A DNA stretch of 64,000 nucleotides from an uncultured Gemmatimonadaceae bacterium (GTDB taxonomy: Bacteria > Gemmatimonadota > Gemmatimonadetes > Gemmatimonadales > Gemmatimonadaceae), in NCBI GenBank assembly GCA_963761305.1, contig CAVXGK010000002.1, positions 256,001 through 320,000 of the forward strand, given 5' to 3'. Both the position numbers and the translations under genes were made by a program. A model generated the notes under the pieces. The model saw only the letters and a list, made by a program, of their open reading frames with translations, was not told the DNA's origin and ran no database searches. The stretch's first letter is position 1. Each line of letters begins with the position of its first letter. Positions 57,343 to 64,000 of the stretch are shown in pieces.

Positions 57343-57500
57343 GGGAGCTGCCTTGGCCTGATAGGGATCGCCGCGGGGCCGGGACTCTAGGAGTCAGCAC
57401 CAGCAACAGCATCAGGAACTGAGACTGGCGATTCCTGATGCTGACGCTGTTGCTGATGCTAGAGTGCTCAATCGGCGTAGATCGCTATCAGTGAGCTCCC
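57343..57500. repeat. Palindromic REP/MITE-like element, copy 2
   Basis: Nested inverted arms GGGAGCT/AGCTCCC, CTGATAG/CTATCAG, ACTCTAG/CTAGAGT, CAGCATCAGGAA/TTCCTGATGCTG. Confidence 0.85.
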
Positions 57501-57512
57501 CGTCAGGCAGCC

Positions 57513-58319
57513 CTACTTTTGGCCGAACGCCGCGATCGCGCGCTTCGTGTGCTCAGACAGCACGAGCGTCCCGCTGGTGGCCGCGCGCTGCTCGAGCAGC
57601 GACGCCCAGTCGTCCGTCCCCGCCCAGACGGCGCGCTTGATCCCTTGCACGGCCTCCGGGTTCGCCGCCGCCAGCGTGCGCGCGCGCCGCTCCACCTCGG
57701 CGTCGAGCGTCTCCACGTCGTCGACGACGCGGGCGTACAGGCCGTGGCGTTCGGCCCATGCGGCGTCGCGCCAGTCGGCGTCGATGGCCATCGCGCCGAA
57801 TGCGCCGGTGCCGATCTTTCGCTCGATCGCCGGTCCAACCACGAACGGGCCGATGCCGACCGCCAACTCACTCAATCGCACCGACGCGTTCGACGTCGCG
57901 ATCGCGTAGTCGGCCGCGGCCACGATGCCGACACCGCCGCCGACGGCTTTCCCGTGCACGCGGGCGACGATCGGTTTGCGGGATTGAATCATCGCCCCGA
58001 TCACGCGCGCGAAGCCCATGAAGAACGCCTTGCCCTGTGCGGCGTCGCGAATCGCGACGAGCTCGTCGAATGACGCGCCGGCGCAGAACGCGCCCGTGCC
58101 GTAGCTGCGGACGACGATTGCGCGAACGTCGTCGCGCGCGCTCGCGTCGCCGATCGACGCGGCGAGGTCGCGCAGTACGGACGCGGGGAGGGAATTGCTC
58201 TTTGGATGCCCGAAGCAGACGTCGGCGACACCTTCCGCGACGAGCGTCGACACGCTGCCGGCGGCGGCGAGCGCCGCGTGCTGGCCGGCGGTCGCGTCGC
58301 GGGTCGCGCTCGCGGTCAC
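57513..58319 (-). CDS. Enoyl-CoA hydratase/isomerase (methylglutaconyl-CoA hydratase-like)
   Basis: AFCAGAS, GKAVGGGVG, LSELAVGIGP. Confidence 0.9.
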   Translation of the reverse strand: MTASATRDATAGQHAALAAAGSVSTLVAEGVADVCFGHPKSNSLPASVLRDLAASIGDASARDDVRAIVVRSYGTGAFCAGASFDELVAIRDAAQGKAFFMGFARVIGAMIQSRKPIVARVHGKAVGGGVGIVAAADYAIATSNASVRLSELAVGIGPFVVGPAIERKIGTGAFGAMAIDADWRDAAWAERHGLYARVVDDVETLDAEVERRARTLAAANPEAVQGIKRAVWAGTDDWASLLEQRAATSGTLVLSEHTKRAIAAFGQK

Positions 58320-59071
58320 CGGCCGACTCGAACGCGCAATCCGCCGCGAATCGTGCCGAGTGTCGTGTTGCCGTTGCGGAACGCGTCGCAGCCGGCGGTG
58401 TTGCAGACGCCGCCCGGCGTGGCGAAGCCGCTGCCGTAGCTCGTGTATCCGTACACGTACAGCGCCTCGGCGAACACGGCGAACCCGTCGATGACGTTCT
58501 TGTCGATGCCCGCGCCGAGCGTGAACTCGCCGCTCACGCGATGCTGCTGCTGCGCCTTCCCCGATCCGCCGGTCGACTCGTAGTTGATCGCCCCCGGCTG
58601 CCAGTCGATCAGGCCGAGCCCGACGCTGAAGTTCGGCATGACGTAAGGCAGCGGCATCCGCAGGCGAATGCCCGACGTCACCTCGAGCACGCCGGCGTGG
58701 GTCGCCGACGCCGAGGTCGCGGTAGCGCCGGCCGGCGTTTGAAAATTCGTGATAAAAAGCTGCTCGTTGAGCGGCAGCAAGCTGTAGGCAGCATTGATGC
58801 TGAAGCCTACGCGGCCGACGCCGCTCGCGCCGGTATCCCAGTTCTCCCAGCCAAGGCTGTAGGTCTGTCCTTTATCCCAGTAGGCTAGGGCGGCGTGGGC
58901 ACTGACCGGCGTGGCCGACCCGAATCCGACGCGCAGATAGTTGCCCGGAGTCAGCCCGTCATTCCACGGGTTCTTCGGGTCCCCGTCGCCTCCGCCTTGT
59001 GCGGTGACGATGCGGGGGGCGGCCAAGCCGACGACCAGGGCGGCGACAACGAGCGACTGAAGGGCACGCAT
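58316..59071 (-). CDS. Small outer-membrane beta-barrel protein
   Basis: Signal peptide, alternating aromatic strands; GTGA overlap with downstream gene. Confidence 0.65.
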   Translation of the reverse strand: MRALQSLVVAALVVGLAAPRIVTAQGGGDGDPKNPWNDGLTPGNYLRVGFGSATPVSAHAALAYWDKGQTYSLGWENWDTGASGVGRVGFSINAAYSLLPLNEQLFITNFQTPAGATATSASATHAGVLEVTSGIRLRMPLPYVMPNFSVGLGLIDWQPGAINYESTGGSGKAQQQHRVSGEFTLGAGIDKNVIDGFAVFAEALYVYGYTSYGSGFATPGGVCNTAGCDAFRNGNTTLGTIRGGLRVRVGR

Positions 59072-59196
59072 GCGGATAGGGACGAGGTGGACGACGCGTT
59101 GAAATCTATCGGGCGGCTTCGGTCCGGCACTAGATTTTTCCGGGCGACCCGGGCGCGCCGAAAGACGCGCCCACGCCTCACTTTAAGCAGACACCG

Positions 59197-60167
59197 ATGG
59201 CATCGACGAACCCCGCCCCGCCGGCTGACGATCCGGCCAAAATTCGCGAGTTCGAGGCCCGAATCGCCCGTGGCGAGACGATCGAGCCGAAGGACTGGAT
59301 GCCGGAGCGCTACCGGCGGCAGCTCGTTCGCATGATGTCCCAACACGCGCATTCCGAGGTCGTCGGGATGCTGCCGGAAGGGAACTGGGTCACGCGCGCC
59401 CCGAATCTGCGGCGGAAGATGTCGCTCCTCGCCAAGGTGCAGGACGAAGCCGGTCACGGCCTCTACATCTACTGCGGCACCGAAACGCTCGGCGTCGACC
59501 GCGGCACGTTGATCGGCCAGCTGCTCGATGGCATCGGCGAAATATTCGAGCATCTTCAACTATCCCACGCTCACCTGGGCCGACATCGGATGCATCGGGT
59601 GGTTCGTCGACGGCGCGGCGATCGTGAACCAGACGATGCTCGCCAAGGCGTCGTACGGTCCGTACGCGCGGGCGATGGTGCGCATCTGCAAGGAAGAAAA
59701 CTTCCACAAGCGCCAGGGCTACGAGATCATGGCGACGCTCGCCGCCGGCACCGCCGGCGCAGCGCGCGATGGCGCAGGACGCCGTGAATCGCTGGTGGTG
59801 GCCGTCGCTCATGATGTTCGGTCCCTCCGACAAGGACTCGCCGAACTCCGCGGAGCTAATGCGCTGGGGCGTGAAGCACAAGACCAACGACGAGCTGCGC
59901 CAGCGGTTCGTGAATCTCACCGTCGCGCAGGCGCAGGCGATCGACGTCACGCTCCCCGATCCGGACCTGAGGCACGATCCGGAGACGGACAACTGGCTCT
60001 TCGGCCCCATCGATTGGGAAGAGTTCTGGCGTGTGGTAAAAGGAGACGGTCCGTGTAATCGCGAACGTCTCGCGGCGCGGCGTGCGGCGCACGACGAAGG
60101 CGCGTGGGTCCGCGAAGCCGCCAACGCCTACGCCGCCAAGCGCGCGGAAGCCGGCGAAGCCGCGTGA
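59197..60167 (+). CDS. paaA: Phenylacetyl-CoA epoxidase subunit A, two frameshifts
   Basis: [50 protein letters not shown] across three frames; breaks at ~59533 and ~59752. Confidence 0.93.
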
Positions 60168-60454
60168 GCGACGATTCGCAGTGGCCGCTCTGGGAAGTGT
60201 TCGTGCAGCCGCCCAAGGGCGCGCCGCACGAGCACGCGGGCAGCGTGCACGCCGCGACGGCCGAGCAGGCGCTCGAGAACGCCCGTGACGTCTACGCCCG
60301 CCGCGGCGAGGCGGTGAGCATCTGGGTGGTGCCGAGCGATGCAATCATCGCGTCGAGCCCGGAGGATGCGGGCCCGTTCTTCGATCCGGGGAACGACAAG
60401 CCCTACCGGCACCCGCAGTTCTACAAGGTTCCGCGCGGCGTTCGAGGAGTCTAG
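60164..60454 (+). CDS. paaB: Phenylacetyl-CoA epoxidase subunit B
   Basis: [34 protein letters not shown]. Confidence 0.95.
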   Translation: MSDDSQWPLWEVFVQPPKGAPHEHAGSVHAATAEQALENARDVYARRGEAVSIWVVPSDAIIASSPEDAGPFFDPGNDKPYRHPQFYKVPRGVRGV

Positions 60455-60476
60455 TCAGGATTCTCTGACGCCCGCC

Positions 60477-61232
60477 ATGCCCGCTTCCAACGTGGTTCCC
60501 TATCTCCTCGAGCTCGGCGACGACCGGCTCGTGCTCGGGCATCGCTTGTCCGAGTGGTGCGGCCATGGGCCGATCCTCGAGGAAGACATCGCGCTCACGA
60601 ATATCGCGCTCGATCTCATCGGCCAGGCGACGTTGTTCCTGAAGCTCGCCGGCGCGGCGGAGGGGAAGGGGCGGAGCGAGGACGACCTCGCGTTTCTGCG
60701 CGACAGCGCCGACTTCCGAAACATCCAGCTCGTCGAGCTGCCGCGCGGCGACTTCGCGACCACCGTCGTGCGGCAGTTGTTGTTCAGCGTGTTTTCGTTG
60801 CTCCAGATGGAAGCGCTCTCGTCGGTGGGCGACGCGGACCTTGCCGGCGTGGCCGCCAAGGCCGCCAAAGAAACGCGCTATCACGTTCGCCACGCCACGC
60901 AGTGGGTGGTCACGCTCGGCGATGGGACGGACGAAAGCCACGCGCGGGCGCAGACGGCGCTCGACGAGCTGTGGCGTTACACGGGCGAGATGTTCCTGCC
61001 TTCTTCCGCCGATGTCGATGCGGTGAGCGCCGGCGCCGGCGTCGACCCCGAAACGCTGGCGCCCGCTTGGCAGGCGCAGATCGGCGAGATCCTGCGCGTC
61101 GCGGGGCTCACGGCGCCGAGCGCGGGGTACATGCAGAGAGGCGGCCGCGACGGTCGCCACACGGAACATCTCGGACATCTTCTGACGGAAATGCAGATTC
61201 TCGCGCGGTCGCATCCGGGCGCCCAATGGTGA
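60477..61232 (+). CDS. paaC: Phenylacetyl-CoA epoxidase subunit C
   Basis: LGHRLSEWCGHGPILEEDIALTNIALDLIGQA; KETRYH; HPGAQW. Confidence 0.95.
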   Translation: MPASNVVPYLLELGDDRLVLGHRLSEWCGHGPILEEDIALTNIALDLIGQATLFLKLAGAAEGKGRSEDDLAFLRDSADFRNIQLVELPRGDFATTVVRQLLFSVFSLLQMEALSSVGDADLAGVAAKAAKETRYHVRHATQWVVTLGDGTDESHARAQTALDELWRYTGEMFLPSSADVDAVSAGAGVDPETLAPAWQAQIGEILRVAGLTAPSAGYMQRGGRDGRHTEHLGHLLTEMQILARSHPGAQW

Positions 61233-61735
61233 TGCGCGCTCCGCCCCAGTCGGCGAGCGCCGAGCTGCTCGAGATCCTCGAGGACGTGAAGGATCCCGAG
61301 GTTCCTGTGCTCAGCGTGGTCGAGCTCGGAATCGTGCGCGACGCGAAGCGCGCCGGATCGGGCGCGGTGGTGACGGTGACGCCGACGTACTCGGGCTGTC
61401 CCGCGATGCGCGAGATCGAGTCGGAGATTCGGCAGGCGCTCGCGGCGCGAGGGATCGATCCCGTCGAGATTCGAACGACGTACACGCCGGCGTGGACGAC
61501 GGATTGGATGTCGGACGGTGCGAAGGCCAAGCTCGAGGCGTACGGCATCGCGCCGCCTTCTTCGACACGGGAAATGGGCGTGGTGCAGCTCATGCGTCGC
61601 GCGCCCGCGGTGTCGTGCCCGCGTTGCCATTCACGGAACACGGAGCTGACGAGCGAGTTCGGGTCGACGGCCTGCAAGTCGCTGCGCGTGTGTCGCGCGT
61701 GCGGCGAACCGTTCGAGGAATTCAAGGCGATCTGA
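61232..61735 (+). CDS. paaD: Phenylacetyl-CoA epoxidase maturation subunit (PaaD/PaaJ)
   Basis: DPEVPVLS, TPTYSGCPAM, WTTDWM, CPRC, FGSTACK, CRACGEPF. Confidence 0.95.
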   Translation: MRAPPQSASAELLEILEDVKDPEVPVLSVVELGIVRDAKRAGSGAVVTVTPTYSGCPAMREIESEIRQALAARGIDPVEIRTTYTPAWTTDWMSDGAKAKLEAYGIAPPSSTREMGVVQLMRRAPAVSCPRCHSRNTELTSEFGSTACKSLRVCRACGEPFEEFKAI

Positions 61736-61788
61736 CGCCACCGGGCTCACCGACCAGATCGGTTACTCCGTTCGGGAAATTTTCTCGA

Positions 61789-61817
61789 TTGACGAATCGC
61801 GCGCGCAATTGCACTAT
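61789..61817 (+). promoter_or_regulatory. Sigma70-type promoter
   Basis: TTGACG-17 bp-CACTAT, preceded by AT-rich GAAATTTTCT. Confidence 0.55.
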
Positions 61818-61823
61818 GGTCCC

Positions 61824-62100
61824 ACGCGATCGGACACGGTCTTAACCGTTCGCGTAAAGCTTCGGCGGGACGCTGTCCGAAGCGCTCGTGGGGCGGACGT
61901 TCGACGCCGCTTCACCGGTCACGAGGTCGCTGGACGTGACTGTCGCTTTGCAGAATTCCAGAGCACCGGGTGGGACCGATACCACACGGAAAAGGGAAGT
62001 CGATCAGGCCACGCACGACCGTGGCGTCGAACCAACTGACCGAATCCCGCCAGCGAGGATGAGCCCCTCAGGCCGCAGCGTGCTGCGCCTGAGGGGTTTG
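61824..62100 (+). ncRNA. Candidate structured non-coding RNA (family unassigned)
   Basis: Promoter upstream, + strand terminator downstream, several hairpins and long-range complements, no convincing ORF. Confidence 0.45.
62064..62100 (+). terminator. Rho-independent terminator
   Basis: CCCCTCAGG-c-CGCAGC/GCTGCG-CCTGAGGGG followed by TTTGT. Confidence 0.8.
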
Positions 62101-62107
62101 TCGCTCT

Positions 62108-62168
62108 ACGGGTGGACGGGTGGACGGGTGGACGGGTGGACGGGTGGACGACAGGTGGACGGGTGGAC
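62108..62168. repeat. 8-bp tandem array (GGACGGGT)n
   Basis: Reverse complement of the ACCCGTCC arrays at 2920 and 20401. Confidence 0.92.
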
Positions 62169-62171
62169 CGC

Positions 62172-63998
62172 TCAGACGGCGAGTGTTCGCTCGAGGCGCT
62201 CGGCGATTCGATCCACGCTCGGAAGGACCGCGTCGAGCAACACCGGGTGATACGGCATCGGCACGTCCTCGACGGCGACTCGATCGACCGGCGCATCGAG
62301 CTGCCAGAACGTTTCGCGCGCCACCGTCGCCGCGATCTCGGCGCCGAACCCGGCCGTGAGGTTGTCCTCGTGGACGATCACGCAGCGACCCGTCTTCCGA
62401 ACTGAATCGAGCACGCACTCGCGATCCCACGGCGCGATCGTGCGGAGGTCGATCACTTCGACCCGTTCGCCGAGGCGCTCCGCCGCTTCGATACACCGAT
62501 GCACCAGCGCGCCCCAGGTCACCAGCGTCACGTCGCTGCCCTGGCGACGGATCGCCGCGCGGCCGAACGGCACCACGTACTCGTCGCCCGGATAGCGCGC
62601 GCTGCCGTCGCTCGTCATCAGCAGCGAGCGATGCTCGAAGAAGATCGTCGGATTCGCGCCGCGCATCGCCGACCGCAACAGTCCGGTCGCATCCGCAGCG
62701 TTCGACGGCATCGCTACCTGCCACCCATACGCGTGGGCGAACCGCACCTCGTCGCTCAGGCTGTGCCACGGGTCGCCGACGTCTTTGCCGAAGCCGCCCG
62801 GCATGCGAACGACGATCGGCGCCGCGAATCGGTTGGCCGTGCGCCACCGCAACGTGCCGCAGTTGTTCAACTGCTCGGTGGCCGGATCGGCGTACTTGCG
62901 AAACTGAATCTCGGCCACGGGCATGAGTCCCGAGATTGCCATGCCCACGGCGCGCCCGATGATGCCTTCCTCCGAGAGACTCGTGTCGAACACGCGCTGA
63001 TCGCCGAATTGCTTCTGGAGCCCTTCGGTGACGAGGTGCACGCCGCCTTTACGACCAACGTCCTCGCCAAACACGAGGCACTTCGGGTTGACCTCGAGCT
63101 CTCGGCGCAGCGTACGACGCACCGCTTCAGCGAATCGAACCACTTCACCCGACTCGCTCGCGCCTTCAGTGCCATCGACACGCGCGCGCTCTTCGCGTGA
63201 GAGACCGCCGAATGCTTCCGGCGAGTCCGGCGAATCGTCGGCGTAGACCCAACGCGCCACGGTGGCGGGATCCGGATCGGGCCGTGCCCGCGCGGCGTCC
63301 AGCGCTTGCTGAACGTCGCGTGCGACTTCGCTCTCGAGCTCGCGCCACTCTGCCTCGCTCATGAACGCGGGCACGAGATGCGCGCGCAACCGCGGCATCG
63401 GATCGCGCGCTGCATCGGCGGCGATCTCGGCGTCGGTGCGATAGCCGCGCTGGTTATCGGGGCCCGAGTGGTTGGAGAGTCGCGGCACGGTGAGCCGCAC
63501 GAGCGCCGGCCCGCCGCCGCGCCGAACGTGATCGACGCCCTCCGCCAGCAGCGCCGCCGCTTCGGCGGGATTCGTTCCGTCGCCGTCGCGCACGAGCAGG
63601 TTCCCGAACGACGCCAGATTTCGCGCGATGTCGCCGCCCGGCGTCTGCATGTCGCCGCGTACGGAGATCCCGAGTCCGTTGTCTTCGACGTAGAACAACA
63701 TGGGAAGCGACAACGTCGTCGCCATCGTGAGTGCCGACCAAAATCCGTTCGTCGCCACCGAGCCTTCACCGCCGAGCACGACACCGATCGCGCCTTTCCA
63801 ACTCGCGTCGTCGAGCACGTCGGCGTGATAGCGAATCGATTGCGCCCAGCCGGCGCACGGAGTGAACTGCGAGCCTACGTCGCCGGACATCGGCAGCACC
63901 ACGGCTCCATTGCGGTTCGGCAGGTTGCACACGACGCCGATGTCGCGCCCGTCGCTGAAGCCGCCGGATCGCCCCAGAGGACTGGCCAGCGCGTCTTC
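62172..63998 (-). CDS. Fused alpha/beta E1 of a 2-oxoacid dehydrogenase (5' end outside window)
   Basis: TPP-motif variant GGEGS..EDN; FGEDVG..GGV, DTSLSEEGIIG, EIQF, EVIDLRTI; frame open to window end. Confidence 0.92.
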   Translation of the reverse strand, partial: EDALASPLGRSGGFSDGRDIGVVCNLPNRNGAVVLPMSGDVGSQFTPCAGWAQSIRYHADVLDDASWKGAIGVVLGGEGSVATNGFWSALTMATTLSLPMLFYVEDNGLGISVRGDMQTPGGDIARNLASFGNLLVRDGDGTNPAEAAALLAEGVDHVRRGGGPALVRLTVPRLSNHSGPDNQRGYRTDAEIAADAARDPMPRLRAHLVPAFMSEAEWRELESEVARDVQQALDAARARPDPDPATVARWVYADDSPDSPEAFGGLSREERARVDGTEGASESGEVVRFAEAVRRTLRRELEVNPKCLVFGEDVGRKGGVHLVTEGLQKQFGDQRVFDTSLSEEGIIGRAVGMAISGLMPVAEIQFRKYADPATEQLNNCGTLRWRTANRFAAPIVVRMPGGFGKDVGDPWHSLSDEVRFAHAYGWQVAMPSNAADATGLLRSAMRGANPTIFFEHRSLLMTSDGSARYPGDEYVVPFGRAAIRRQGSDVTLVTWGALVHRCIEAAERLGERVEVIDLRTIAPWDRECVLDSVRKTGRCVIVHEDNLTAGFGAEIAATVARETFWQLDAPVDRVAVEDVPMPYHPVLLDAVLPSVDRIAERLERTLAV

Positions 63999-64000
63999 GA

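Noticed and set aside
59197..60167. paaA as split gene or pseudogene
   Set aside because: Two single-base insertions restore a full-length PaaA; paaBCD are intact
61749..61763. PaaR operator
   Set aside because: Spacer is 5 nt versus the 4 nt I recall for actinobacterial PaaR boxes, and it lies downstream of the paa genes; kept only as a generic palindrome
61888..61910. tmRNA/tRNA-like GGGGCGGACGTTCGACG
   Set aside because: No matching T-arm/CCA end or tag reading frame found
61809..62296. Small ORFs 61809-62039, 61888-62250 and 61919-62296
   Set aside because: No recognisable motifs or good RBS; they overlap the promoter or run through the terminator and repeats
1..64000. Many long Arg/Ala/Pro-rich overlapping ORFs; prophage, IS or defence island
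   Set aside because: Shadow frames are expected at this GC content; no integrase, transposase, phage or defence motifs were recognised

Overview
High-GC bacterial chromosomal segment. Gene content and style suggest Gemmatimonadota (inference): many exported peptidases and lipoproteins, a DUF1592/DUF1552/ankyrin operon, TonB receptors with an N-terminal carboxypeptidase-regulatory-like domain, and GGRGG linkers. About 50 genes are supportable, mostly envelope and periplasmic functions plus an aromatic amino-acid catabolic region at the right end (acetoacetate-CoA ligase, hppD, hmgA, paaABCD, fused 2-oxoacid dehydrogenase E1). Clear non-coding features are a cobalamin riboswitch ahead of a BtuB-like receptor and a beta-propeller lipoprotein, several terminators, 7-8 bp tandem-repeat arrays and two copies of a ~120-160 bp palindromic element flanking hmgA. 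No rRNA, tRNA, CRISPR, transposase or phage genes were seen. Best candidates for novelty: (1) a ~280 nt structured, apparently non-coding unit with its own promoter and terminator at 61.8-62.1 kb; (2) a 426 aa octad-repeat helical protein; (3) a translationally coupled exported amidohydrolase-DcaP porin-glutaminase operon; (4) a BtuG-like B12 module; (5) RGG-type inserts in exported enzymes. Clustered frameshifts at 24.7-27.0 kb and in paaA look like sequencing errors. All family calls come from motif recognition by eye, not database searches.
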